Source: Parcubacteria group bacterium (GTDB lineage Bacteria; Patescibacteriota; Minisyncoccia; Moranbacterales; UBA2206). From it: 64,000 nt of DNA. Within the stretch, counting starts at the first letter, position 1. Each line of letters starts with the position of its first letter. The DNA lies in NCBI GenBank assembly GCA_041664225.1, contig JBAYLE010000004.1:10640-74639 (forward strand), given 5' to 3'. Shown piece by piece: positions 18,834 to 28,740 of the stretch. The notes under the pieces were generated by a model. The model did not search any database, was not told where the DNA came from, and was given only the letters and a program-made list of their open reading frames with translations. The position numbers and the translations under genes were made by a program.

Positions 18834-20141
18834 ATGGAGGTTAAGTCAATGGAGCTTAAAGATTTAGCAGCAGAATTGGTTAGTATTGACACAGAAAGTA
18901 AGAAGTCCACGGTCAAGATGGCAGATTTCATCTGTGGTTATCTGGAGAGACGCGGTTTTGTTATCGAGAGATATCCATATTGGGACAAAATTAACAAAGT
19001 CGAAAAGGTGAATGTCATTGCGCGGAAGGGAGGACAGGAATCCAAACTGGTTTATTCCGGGCATATGGATACGGTTCCGTCCGGACCAGGATGGAAAACT
19101 CCCTCACTCACTCTCGTTGAAAAAAATGATAAAAAAGCTGGTGAAATATTTCAAGGCTTAGGTATCGCTGATATGAAATTCTTTCTCGCTGTTGCCATGA
19201 AAGCTGGCGAGGCCATTTCAACGGCAGAACTAAAGCACCCATTCGCTTTATGTTTCACGAGTGATGAGGAAGTTGGCTGTATTGGAGCAAGAAAACTTCG
19301 TGATGCTGTAAAACAACAAGGAAGAACAATCGGAGAATATATTGTTGTGGGCGAGCCGACAGAGTTTAAACCCGTGTATAGTCATAAGGGCTATATATCT
19401 CTCGAAGTTGTTATCGGTGTATTTGAGAAGGAGGGCAGGACAACTGGAGACAAAAGTAACCCATGCCATAGTTCTGATCCTAGCACAACGACAAATGCTG
19501 TCGAAAAGGCTCTATGTCCAGTAATCGATGAGCTTTGTAAATTCAGAGAAAATTTGGAAAATGTTCCTGATCCTCGCTTTAAACCGCCTTTTGCGACTAT
19601 GAATATTGGAGGAGACATTCATATAGGGAGAATAATCAAAAAGAAGAAAGAAAAGAAAGATTCTGCCGATGAAGATGATTATGAGTATATCCTGGATAAG
19701 GTCGCAAAGAATATTATTCCTCGGGGTTTCAGGGTTTATAGCGATATTAGACCACTACCAGGGCAGGTTCCAAATGATCTCGTAGAAATATTGGAATCAA
19801 ACATCAAAGAAAGGATTAATGGCATAAAAACTGCGGTTTCTAACGAGGAGTTCTATATTAAGGTTGGATGCCCGACGGGTATATCCGTCTCTCATCCAAT
19901 GGAGACTTCAAAAGATTCTTTGTTACTCAAGTCCATCGAAGAGATTAGCGGCTTTCAGGCCGGTACGGCTGCCTATAACACGGAAGGAGGCATATTTAAC
20001 CGAGCCGGAAGCGAATCAATTATTTGGGGACCCACTAATATTCTTCAGGCGCATAAGGATAATGAATATGTCCTTGCCGAGTTGTTCAAAGAAGAAACTG
20101 TGGAAAAATACATACAACTCATAAGGCGTATGTGTACCTAA
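18834..20141 (+). CDS. argE: Acetylornithine deacetylase (M20A)
   Basis: SGHMDTVP, ADMKFF, SDEEVGC, GEPT, AHKDNE; arg context. Confidence 0.85.
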   Translation: MEVKSMELKDLAAELVSIDTESKKSTVKMADFICGYLERRGFVIERYPYWDKINKVEKVNVIARKGGQESKLVYSGHMDTVPSGPGWKTPSLTLVEKNDKKAGEIFQGLGIADMKFFLAVAMKAGEAISTAELKHPFALCFTSDEEVGCIGARKLRDAVKQQGRTIGEYIVVGEPTEFKPVYSHKGYISLEVVIGVFEKEGRTTGDKSNPCHSSDPSTTTNAVEKALCPVIDELCKFRENLENVPDPRFKPPFATMNIGGDIHIGRIIKKKKEKKDSADEDDYEYILDKVAKNIIPRGFRVYSDIRPLPGQVPNDLVEILESNIKERINGIKTAVSNEEFYIKVGCPTGISVSHPMETSKDSLLLKSIEEISGFQAGTAAYNTEGGIFNRAGSESIIWGPTNILQAHKDNEYVLAELFKEETVEKYIQLIRRMCT

Positions 20142-20145
20142 GGAG

Positions 20146-21213
20146 GTGTCAAAAATGGAAATCGTCAGAACAGTAAAGGAAATCCTTGATTATGTCAGAC
20201 AGTTCCGAGGAAAAATTATTGTTGTCAAAGTAAACAAGGATGTCTTGGCAGACAAGAAAAAACTCAACAATGTTATTCGGGACATGATTCTGTTGAAAAG
20301 CGCCGGGATTAAGATTGTCGCGACTCACTCGGAAGCTCGATTTACGCGTGACCAATGGCTCAGTCTCGAGCCCGTGTTTCTGGGTATTTCCACAATTTCG
20401 GGCATTACCGGCCAAATGGCAAAGGGAGCGACTCCGGTTGTTTATTTTGAAGAAACTCCGAAACTTTCGAGTGAAAAGGCAATTGTCAGTCTGGCCATAA
20501 AATTAGGCGCGGTAAAAATTGTCTATGTCACAAATTTCGATGGTATATTTGAGTCAGGGAAAAGATTGATTCATGAGATGGATGTTGAGCAGGCCAGAGA
20601 GCTTCTGAAAAAGTCTGGAGCTGTCACAGGGGAAGCAAGAAAACGTGTTGAGGTTGCGCTGATAGCCTGCGGACAAGGAATCCCGCGCATTCATATTATC
20701 GGGGCCAGAGAGGGAAGCTTGCTGAAAGAGATTCTGACCTGTCATGGAACAGGCACAATGATTTATAAAAGCATGTATCAGGAAATCGAACCGGCCAAGA
20801 AAAGTGAGGTAGCTGAAATATTCGGGATAATCAAGGAAGCGATCAAGCAAACATCGATTACCTTCGAACGTATCAAGAAAAAAATCGATAACTTCTGGGT
20901 CTTTGTGGTGGATGAGCAAGTCCATGGATGTATGTTGATCGAAAATGACACCGTTAGCAAAATATGTGAAATATCCTATCTAAGTGCTTCAGAAATGTAT
21001 AAAGATTCGCAGGTTTTCAAACGGCTCATTCTGTCTGCGCTCGAAAAGGTTCCGACTGATTTCAAATGCGTGTTTTTGTCTGTCGAAAAGAACACAAACT
21101 TGCTGGGCATTTACCCGTGGTTTAAGGAGCTTGGTTTTGCTAAAAGATTACCGGCGCAATGCGGGATAGCGGGAGAAAATCATTTTGAAGCATGGATAAG
21201 GATAACTGAATGA
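20146..21213 (+). CDS. Amino-acid-kinase + GNAT two-domain protein (ArgA N-acetylglutamate synthase / ArgB-like)
   Basis: YVRQFRGKIIVVK, TNFDGI, LLKEILTCHGTGTMI, C-terminal GNAT-like domain. Confidence 0.75.
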   Translation: MSKMEIVRTVKEILDYVRQFRGKIIVVKVNKDVLADKKKLNNVIRDMILLKSAGIKIVATHSEARFTRDQWLSLEPVFLGISTISGITGQMAKGATPVVYFEETPKLSSEKAIVSLAIKLGAVKIVYVTNFDGIFESGKRLIHEMDVEQARELLKKSGAVTGEARKRVEVALIACGQGIPRIHIIGAREGSLLKEILTCHGTGTMIYKSMYQEIEPAKKSEVAEIFGIIKEAIKQTSITFERIKKKIDNFWVFVVDEQVHGCMLIENDTVSKICEISYLSASEMYKDSQVFKRLILSALEKVPTDFKCVFLSVEKNTNLLGIYPWFKELGFAKRLPAQCGIAGENHFEAWIRITE

Positions 21214-21237
21214 AAATAAAAGCAGGATCATTTTGAA

Positions 21238-21274
21238 GCCGGAATTTGGTGTCTACCAAATTCCGGCATTTTTT
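21238..21274 (+). terminator. Intrinsic terminator
   Basis: gccggaatttggt-gtct-accaaattccggc plus T-run. Confidence 0.8.
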
Positions 21275-21363
21275 ATCAAAAAGTGCCAAAGAAGGATTTA
21301 TAGAAACAAAAAATTGAATTATTTTAAATAATTTAATTGTATCTTGATTAGATAAAAAGAATA

Positions 21364-21897
21364 GTGTATAATCTAATGACGATTTTAAAAGGTATGCATA
21401 TGAAAAATGAAATATCTGACAAAAACATTAAAATAGTTTCCGCAAAGCGTAAAGATTGTACGCATATTAGTCGGTTTATAAACGATAAATCGATGGGCGG
21501 AATTCTTCTGAAAAGAAGTCCTAAGCAGATTCTGGAAATGTGGAAAAATTTTTCGCTTGCCATGGACGGAGAAAAAATTATCGGGATAGTCGGTTTTAAA
21601 GTCCGGCTCGACGATCAACCGGAAATAATTTCTTTGGCGGTCAGCGATGTTTATCGCGGAATGGGAATCGGCACTAAATTGGTTGAACACAGCTTGGGAA
21701 AAATAAAGGAGCGTGGTTTTAAAATAGTCTTTGCGCTAACAACAGCGACACGGCTGTTTGAAAAACTGGGCTTTAAAAAAGTTTCTATAAAAAAATTTCC
21801 CCTTAAAGCTTGGGAAGATTGCAGATATTGTCCGCGCAATCTTGGCGGACCGGACAACCCGCTGTGTGATGAAGTCGCATTGAGCAAAAGATTGTAA
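21364..21897 (+). CDS. Short GNAT N-acetylglutamate synthase (ArgA short type); start may be about 21400
   Basis: EIISLAV...RGMGIG, VFALT, KAWEDCRYCP...CDEVAL typical of short ArgA. Confidence 0.8.
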   Translation: MYNLMTILKGMHMKNEISDKNIKIVSAKRKDCTHISRFINDKSMGGILLKRSPKQILEMWKNFSLAMDGEKIIGIVGFKVRLDDQPEIISLAVSDVYRGMGIGTKLVEHSLGKIKERGFKIVFALTTATRLFEKLGFKKVSIKKFPLKAWEDCRYCPRNLGGPDNPLCDEVALSKRL

Positions 21898-21976
21898 CAG
21901 TTTTTTGCCAAAAAATTTCCTCTTTATTTTTAAATAGGCATCATGAATATTAGGTTTTAAATTTTTTACCAACACA

Positions 21977-22155
21977 ATGAAATCACAAATTTACAATCAA
22001 GCCAGATATTATGAAATTGCTTTTAGTTTTGTGAATCCAAAAACCAAACTGCCTTAAATGGCAAATTTGAGTTTATCGGTTTTTTTGAAAGAGAAAGGGT
22101 CAGATTGCTTGATAAAATATCTTCTGATAACATCGCATTGCTCAGGAGAAAATAA
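21977..22155 (+). pseudogene. Probable internally deleted gene remnant (methyltransferase-like termini)
   Basis: MKSQIYNQARYYEIAFSFVNP joined out of frame to NGKFEFIGFFE...NIALLRRK*. Confidence 0.4.
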
Positions 22156-22351
22156 TAGTTTGAAAAATATCTTAATAAAACGCAAAAAATCTGGCCCCAA
22201 TCCGGTTTTTTTGTTTGGGGAATTGGCCTAAATGAGCTATATTTCATCATTGACAAAAAGGCGTTTTGGGTGTATAATTGTTAATTCTGGTGATGGTAAG
22301 GTTTTTGACAAATAATCCCGCTTTCGCGGGAAAAAATATGGAGGAGGAAAG

Positions 22352-22612
22352 ATGAAAAAGATGTCAGTCGCGACAATTGTTTTTTTGCTCGTAAATATTC
22401 CGATTTTTGCGTTTGCAAAAGGCGGAAGAAGTTTTCTTAGTATGTTGAGAAAGCAATCCTATGACGAAGGATATGTCGTAGGCTATACAGCCGGATATGC
22501 TTCTATATCAATTCACACTTTCATTTGGGTGGCAGTTGGAGTGGTAATAGGAGCGGCAATAGGATTTCTCATTGCTAAAAAATATACTTACGGCAAAGGA
22601 GGCAAGTCATGA
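22352..22612 (+). CDS. Small membrane protein with signal peptide and C-terminal TM
   Basis: SD ggaggagg; promoter ttgaca-17-tataat at about 22250-22278. Confidence 0.7.
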   Translation: MKKMSVATIVFLLVNIPIFAFAKGGRSFLSMLRKQSYDEGYVVGYTAGYASISIHTFIWVAVGVVIGAAIGFLIAKKYTYGKGGKS

Positions 22613-23622
22613 AGGCAAACAAGAAATGCGGGTTGGCGCTTACGGTTGCTTTTATTGTTTTATTCTGTATGACTGGAGGAGCGTACGCGGCGGATTTTGA
22701 TGGAGTGTTGAGCACTTCCATAAAAAATCTGCCAGGTAATGCGGATGTAGCGGGAATGGGCGGAGCTGATGTTGGAGCTCCGGTAGATTTTACTTCCCCG
22801 GATCCTTCGACTTTGGGCGCGGGCGAAGAAACAGCGTTTGGTTTCAGCGGAACATGTGGTTATATAACCGGCATGAACGGAAGATTCTGTGGCGGTTCAG
22901 TGGCAGCAAGATTGCCACTGGGAACACTGCAGGTTTCTTATTCCGGTGGGAATTCCGATTCGGTTTTCCTGCCGAAAGAGGGAGTTGATTTCAAGATCAA
23001 CCGCTCGAACTCCGCGACGATTCAATATGGAGTAAAAGTGGCCGAAAAAGTTTTTGGTTCGGAAGATAAGGTGTACGCCGGTGTCGGTGTCACGCCCTTC
23101 TCTGAAACAAGGACTACAATATTAATGGGCGGAACCAAACTGCTAAAAACCGACTCCAGCGAATATGCATTTAGTTTCGGGACTCATTACGAGAATAAGA
23201 ATTTTAATGCCGGTGCATTCTACGAATATTCTCATAGTTCTGATACTACAAAAGATCTCATTGCTGACGAAAAGGTAAATGAGAAATCAGAAAGCCATCT
23301 GTTCCGTACCGGTGCAAGCTACAAAATTGTCGAGGGTCTGATGGTCATTGCAAACTACCAATATGCAAATGTCGGTGGTTATGTGACCAACAGAATTTTC
23401 GGCGGTGCTGAAGTTTGCCCGATTGAATCTGTGTGTGGCTATGCCGGCCACAACGGCAGTGGATTCACAGGAGGCATCGGCATTTACCCATCAGACAGCT
23501 GGGGTATGAATCTAGCCTATGTCGACAATCTCGACAAAAAGCTGGAAGCCCAAATCGGCAAAAAACCATCGGTTATCATGTTTTCCCTTTATTATCTATT
23601 TCAGGATAAAAAGGGGAAATAA
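22609..23622 (+). CDS. Secreted beta-rich protein, putative beta-barrel (FadL/PorV-like N-terminal motif)
   Basis: Signal peptide ending AYA; GNADVAGMGGA; many alternating aromatic/Gly strands. Confidence 0.6.
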   Translation: MKANKKCGLALTVAFIVLFCMTGGAYAADFDGVLSTSIKNLPGNADVAGMGGADVGAPVDFTSPDPSTLGAGEETAFGFSGTCGYITGMNGRFCGGSVAARLPLGTLQVSYSGGNSDSVFLPKEGVDFKINRSNSATIQYGVKVAEKVFGSEDKVYAGVGVTPFSETRTTILMGGTKLLKTDSSEYAFSFGTHYENKNFNAGAFYEYSHSSDTTKDLIADEKVNEKSESHLFRTGASYKIVEGLMVIANYQYANVGGYVTNRIFGGAEVCPIESVCGYAGHNGSGFTGGIGIYPSDSWGMNLAYVDNLDKKLEAQIGKKPSVIMFSLYYLFQDKKGK

Positions 23623-23694
23623 ATAGATCAAAGCAAGTCCTTGCGGGAACAATCGCAAGGGCTTGATTTTTTTTCAGAAGTGTGCTAAGCTATT

Positions 23695-24426
23695 TTGAAA
23701 ACAAAAAACTTAATGCCCACGGGGCGGGAGGTGAGTTCGTTGAAAAAATCGATTGATTTTACAAGAATGACCAAAGTTTTTATCGGCCAAAATGCTGTTT
23801 CAGCCTTTTTTTTCTGGCTTGTTAGGATCTTCATACGTCCAAAAATTTATGGACTGGAAAAGCTTAGAGGCCTGCTTAAATTACACAAATCATCAGGGCT
23901 AGGCATCGTCTTTGTCAGCAACCATATCAATAAGTCAGATCCCTTGCTGATTCTTCACTCCATGCCGTTATCGCTAAAGGTTGGGTTAGGCGCGATAACC
24001 TTTTTGGGCAAGGAAGGACTTTTCAACAAGCCGTGGAAGGACAGGTTGATGAGATCGCTGGGAGTCGTTCCAGTTAGGGACAATTCCTTGCTCGGGTTGA
24101 GAGGTATTTTAAAACTGATAGAAAAAGGAGAAAAAATATTTTACTTTCCCGAGGGTACTGTCTCAAAGGACGGCAATCTTGGTGAAGATTCTGGGTCTGC
24201 TAACTTCTATGCCAAGCACGCTAAGTTTATTCTTCAGCCTGTGAGGGTGAGCGGTATGCGAGGCTGGAAAAAGGATTGGAAAAACATTTTTTGCTTTAGA
24301 CGAAAGTATACGATATGTTTTCTGGAACCTCTTATTGTGGAAAGGGGAACACAGATCAACGCTCTCGCGGAGACTCAAAAAGGGACACAAAACTATGTGT
24401 CAGATGCTAAGGTCAAGGGAGATTAG
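23695..24426 (+). CDS. Lysophospholipid (1-acyl-sn-glycerol-3-phosphate) acyltransferase family
   Basis: SNHINKSD (HX4D), FPEGT. Confidence 0.85.
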   Translation: MKTKNLMPTGREVSSLKKSIDFTRMTKVFIGQNAVSAFFFWLVRIFIRPKIYGLEKLRGLLKLHKSSGLGIVFVSNHINKSDPLLILHSMPLSLKVGLGAITFLGKEGLFNKPWKDRLMRSLGVVPVRDNSLLGLRGILKLIEKGEKIFYFPEGTVSKDGNLGEDSGSANFYAKHAKFILQPVRVSGMRGWKKDWKNIFCFRRKYTICFLEPLIVERGTQINALAETQKGTQNYVSDAKVKGD

Positions 24427-24528
24427 AACCGGAGATGATTAAAGGGTTTGCGCCTGATAATCAGCTCCGGTTTTTTGTTTTCCCTGTTTTCGTGCTAGAA
24501 TATTTAAATCAACGAGAAACACAATAAA

Positions 24529-25635
24529 TTGCTTTTATTTATGGCGGAGAAAACAGCAAAAATTAACAGGAAAAATAGTAATCCAAATGGCATTCATTAC
24601 CTCATTGAATTTTTTGGGTGTGAGGCGGAGCAAATAGACTCCGTCGATTTTTGGAAAAAAATTCTTCCCGAAGCAGTCAAGGGAACAACGATGGGAGTGC
24701 TGCATAGTTATTTCCATAAATTTAATCCGAAAGGAGTTACAGGCTTTCTTCTCTTATCATCGTCCCATATTTCGGTGCATACTTGGCCAGAAAATGGATA
24801 TGTAGCTTGTGATATTTTTACTTGCTCCAGCAAAAAAGAAACTGATTTGGTTCTCGCGAGACTAACTGAAGGCGTGATCCATGATCATGCAAACATAGAA
24901 AAAGTTAATCGCGGATACCAATTCTTAAATCTGCCGATTTTTTGCAACGGGGATATGATGAAGATTGAGATAAATAAAGTTTTACATGAAGTTCAATCTG
25001 ATTTTCAAAAAATAGTCATTGCTGACACAAAGGAATATGGAAAATGCTTGATTATCGATGACGTGATGCAAACTGCTGAAACTGATCATGAAATCTATGA
25101 TAGTGAAATGCTTAGGCAAATGAAAAAAACCGATAAAAACATCTTGATTCTAGGTGGTGGAGATGGCTATGTTGCACAAATAGCTTTGCGAAACAATCCG
25201 AAGCTCAATATTGATATAATAGATTTAGATATTGAAGTGGTGAAGAGTGCTCAAAAATTTTTGAACCAGGTTGTTTTTGATGACAAAAAAGTTAATTTGT
25301 CCATCGGAGATGCGTTACATTTTTTGAAAGTCGGAGATAAGTTATATGATGGAATCGCGTGTGATCTGACGGATACGCCCATTGGTACTAAAAAAGAAGC
25401 AATTGAGTTCAAAAAGTTTTTCGAAAAGATCCTTGCGCTTTCAAAAAATAGATTGAGAAATGGAGGATGGGTGAGCGTCCAAAGTGGAGCTTCTTGCACA
25501 GCGGAAGGCTTCATTGATGAAGCGGCTATTATTGAAAAAATACTTCAGGTAAATTTTACAGACATAACTCGCAGTGATGTTTTTATACCGAGTTATGGTG
25601 AATCTTGTGCTTTTTTGTTCGGTAAAAAGGCGTAA
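24529..25635 (+). CDS. S-adenosylmethionine decarboxylase / spermidine synthase fusion (start probably 24541)
   Basis: N-terminal LLSSSHISVHTWPE (SpeD); C-terminal SDFQKI, ILILGGGDG, DLTD (SpeE). Confidence 0.9.
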   Translation: MLLFMAEKTAKINRKNSNPNGIHYLIEFFGCEAEQIDSVDFWKKILPEAVKGTTMGVLHSYFHKFNPKGVTGFLLLSSSHISVHTWPENGYVACDIFTCSSKKETDLVLARLTEGVIHDHANIEKVNRGYQFLNLPIFCNGDMMKIEINKVLHEVQSDFQKIVIADTKEYGKCLIIDDVMQTAETDHEIYDSEMLRQMKKTDKNILILGGGDGYVAQIALRNNPKLNIDIIDLDIEVVKSAQKFLNQVVFDDKKVNLSIGDALHFLKVGDKLYDGIACDLTDTPIGTKKEAIEFKKFFEKILALSKNRLRNGGWVSVQSGASCTAEGFIDEAAIIEKILQVNFTDITRSDVFIPSYGESCAFLFGKKA

Positions 25636-25769
25636 ATTTTGACATTTTGCTTTATTTAAGCTAAAAAACAGTAACGCTCCTTGACGGAGCGTCTTTTTAG
25701 GTGTATAATAGACAATCAGGATAGTTTTTAACTATTTTGAGACAGTAACTTAAAAATTTTACCCGAGAG

Positions 25770-26315
25770 GTGTGTATCATGAACGCTATTTTTAGGCGCA
25801 TCGTTGACACCTTTTTCGGTGTCGAAGAATATCAGGAATTAAAGAAAAAAGGAATCATTACAGGATTTTCATTTTCAGCTCTTTTCGGGGCTGAGTGGGG
25901 ACTGGTCGTTTTGGCGCAAGCACTGGTGACATTTCTTGTGAAGATCCACTGGTCGGAGATGCAAATATTCCTGCTGTTGTGGATTGGCAATATGGTTGTT
26001 TCATCCATCATCATCATTGTAAATAGCAAGGTTGATGGTGATCCGACACTTATGGAGGGTTCCCGCCGGCTTGTCGATTTGGCTTTCAAAAAGTCAATAA
26101 TTGGCGGTTGCATAATGGAGCTTCTCTATTTCATCGGACTCGTTGTTTGGGCGGAAACATCCTCGTTCTATATTTTTTTTAGAAAGAGGCTTGGACCGTT
26201 TCCAATGCGCGTAATTACTTTTGTTGCAGTTTCAGCTGTCAAGATGTATATCTGGACGAAGGTGTATATGTTTGGTGTTAGCGTGATTGACGTAATTTGG
26301 AATTTACTAAAATAA
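25770..26315 (+). CDS. Hypothetical membrane protein
   Basis: About four TM segments, SD gaggtg. Confidence 0.7.
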   Translation: MCIMNAIFRRIVDTFFGVEEYQELKKKGIITGFSFSALFGAEWGLVVLAQALVTFLVKIHWSEMQIFLLLWIGNMVVSSIIIIVNSKVDGDPTLMEGSRRLVDLAFKKSIIGGCIMELLYFIGLVVWAETSSFYIFFRKRLGPFPMRVITFVAVSAVKMYIWTKVYMFGVSVIDVIWNLLK

Positions 26316-26334
26316 GGAGAGGAGGTGAATTGAA

Positions 26335-26862
26335 ATGAAGCCAGAATTTAAGTTCTTGCATCCAAATGATTTCACGCAGGAAATTAAAGACCAGATTATT
26401 GATCTCGGAAAAAGAAGCGGCGTATGGCAGGAATCGGATATCGAATATTACAAAAAGCAATTTCCAAATCCGAGAAATATCAACATTGTGTATCAGAACG
26501 AAGAGGGGCTAATTACTGGCTTTATTCTGGCAAGACCCCACAATGAGGCGGTGTTAGACTATTTGGTCGAAGATCCCAAAATGACAAAAAGTGACACGGG
26601 AATGTTTTACATTGATCACGTTGGTGTTGATGAGTCCGTTTCCGGGAAGTTTCTTGGGCTGCATCTCATTATTGAGATGATTAAAGAGGCTAACAAGCGT
26701 GGAGTTTTCAGATTCTCTGCACACTGCAGGGTGATTAATGGTCTCAGTAAGGTTATCCAACGCAAGTTCAGGGCAGGCGTGGATGTTGTTAGAAGAATTG
26801 AGGAGTATACAGACTGTAACAACGAACCCTGTGATTATCTGGAGATTGAAGTTGTTCTCTAG
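26335..26862 (+). CDS. GNAT-fold acetyltransferase-like protein
   Basis: FYIDHVGVDESVSGKFLG. Confidence 0.65.
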   Translation: MKPEFKFLHPNDFTQEIKDQIIDLGKRSGVWQESDIEYYKKQFPNPRNINIVYQNEEGLITGFILARPHNEAVLDYLVEDPKMTKSDTGMFYIDHVGVDESVSGKFLGLHLIIEMIKEANKRGVFRFSAHCRVINGLSKVIQRKFRAGVDVVRRIEEYTDCNNEPCDYLEIEVVL

Positions 26863-26953
26863 GCTCCGTGGTGGAAATCATCACTGGGCCTTTTTTATTT
26901 TACTTCCTTTTGATTTTCTGTTATATTTTGAGAGTGGATATCCTTATTAATAT

Positions 26954-28645
26954 ATGTGCAACTCCGCACCACAATTACTTTATTATACATACATCCCAGT
27001 TTTAGTGGGGACACTTGTATTGGGCTTCTTAGTTTTTTTGAGCAATAGAAAAAATTTAAGCGGTCGTCTGTTTTTTTTATTATCCATAAATACTTCCCTA
27101 TGGATTTTTTTGAATATGATGACTTGGCGGAGCGTGAATCTTGATAGCGTAGAGTTTTTCGATAAGCTCTCCATAGTAGGGATTATTGTGCCGGCAATAT
27201 TTCTCTATTTCAGCTATGTTTTTCCAGATGAAAAAAATATATCGATGAAGAAGGCCATGATCATATTTCTGCCTCTTTTGCCTTTCATCTTTTTAGCAGC
27301 GACAAGTCTTAATATTAAGTCAATTAATTCCTCAACTTCTGATTGCGAGTCGGTTGTGGGCCCACTTTATTATTTAATCCCCCTGATTTTTATTTTGTAT
27401 TGTGTGTGGTCGGTAGTTATTTTATTTACAAAATTTAGAAACGGAAATGAACAGGCAAAAAAACAAATAAAACTTGTACTGGTGGGATTTGTGATTTTTA
27501 TAGTGTGGGCAACCATTACCAATGTAGTCGCTCAACTAGTTGGTCCTGATAGTCTTTCCTTTTTTGGTCCCATTGGAGCAATAATTTTTATGTCTTTTGT
27601 TGCTTATGCAATCGTCAAATACCAGCTTCTAAGTATAAAGCTTATTGCTGCTCAAGCATTGACAGTCGTGATTTGGATATTGGTTGCTTCACAATACTTT
27701 TTTACAGACTCAACTACAAATATAATTCTCATAACCTTTACACTTCTCCTTTCAATTGGCTTTGGCATAATGCTCGTTAAATCTGTCAAACTCGAAGTTA
27801 AGCGCAAAGAAGAACTTCAGCAGATGTCAGACAAACTGTCGGAAGCCAATGATCAGTTGCGGAAATTGGATAATTCCAAATCGGAATTTATTTCCATCGC
27901 CTCTCATCAGTTGCGCACCCCCCTCACTGCCATCAAGGGCTTTGTTTCATTGCTTTTGGAAGGATCGTATGGCCAAGTTGTTCCCAAACAGCAGGATGTT
28001 TTGAATAAGGTATATACATCAAACGAGCGGCTAGTGACGCTGGTTGAAGATCTTTTGAACATTTCTCGCATGGAATCAGGAAGAATGGAATTTAAATTCG
28101 CGCCGTGGAACATGGAAACGGTCTGCCAGGAAGTCATGGACACTTTCATCCAGCGGGCTAAGTTTGAAAAGAAGTCTTTGGAATTCAAAAAGCCGGAAAT
28201 TCCTCTGCCGGAAGTCATGATTGATGGCACGAAAGTGCGGGAAGTTATTTCCAATATGGTGGACAACGCTTTGAAATATACGCCGAAAGGGGGAGTTACC
28301 CTCAAAGTTGAGCAGGCTGACGCGTCGCGCTACACGCCGAATAAAAATGGAGACATTGAGGACAAACCGATTGTTGGTCCGGTTATTCGCGTCACGGTTT
28401 CCGATACGGGCATTGGAATTCCAGTTACCGAATTGCCATATCTCTTTGCTAAGTTTTCCCGCGGCAAAGACGTTTCGCGCTTGAACACCGGTGGAACCGG
28501 GCTGGGCCTCTATGTCGGCCGTTCCATGATTGAAAACAACGGCGGCAAAATCTGGGCCGAATCAGACGGCGAAGGCCAAGGCTCGCGCTTCATCATTGAA
28601 ATCCCGATGCACCAGAGCAAGGAGCTGATGGAAAGGTGGGGATAA
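26954..28645 (+). CDS. Sensor histidine kinase with multi-TM (7TM-type) N-terminus
   Basis: SHQLRTPLT H-box, NALKYT, DTGIG, GTGLGL. Confidence 0.93.
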   Translation: MCNSAPQLLYYTYIPVLVGTLVLGFLVFLSNRKNLSGRLFFLLSINTSLWIFLNMMTWRSVNLDSVEFFDKLSIVGIIVPAIFLYFSYVFPDEKNISMKKAMIIFLPLLPFIFLAATSLNIKSINSSTSDCESVVGPLYYLIPLIFILYCVWSVVILFTKFRNGNEQAKKQIKLVLVGFVIFIVWATITNVVAQLVGPDSLSFFGPIGAIIFMSFVAYAIVKYQLLSIKLIAAQALTVVIWILVASQYFFTDSTTNIILITFTLLLSIGFGIMLVKSVKLEVKRKEELQQMSDKLSEANDQLRKLDNSKSEFISIASHQLRTPLTAIKGFVSLLLEGSYGQVVPKQQDVLNKVYTSNERLVTLVEDLLNISRMESGRMEFKFAPWNMETVCQEVMDTFIQRAKFEKKSLEFKKPEIPLPEVMIDGTKVREVISNMVDNALKYTPKGGVTLKVEQADASRYTPNKNGDIEDKPIVGPVIRVTVSDTGIGIPVTELPYLFAKFSRGKDVSRLNTGGTGLGLYVGRSMIENNGGKIWAESDGEGQGSRFIIEIPMHQSKELMERWG

Positions 28646-28740
28646 TACGGCAATTTTCAATTTTCAATTTTCAAACAAAAGGAGAGGCCGGAAGGCCTTT
28701 TTTCGTTTCAAAAAATCTGATTTTGAACTATAATATAATT

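Noticed and set aside
21311-21360. ArgR ARG boxes upstream of short argA
   Set aside because: Only weak AT-rich similarity; no argR in the window
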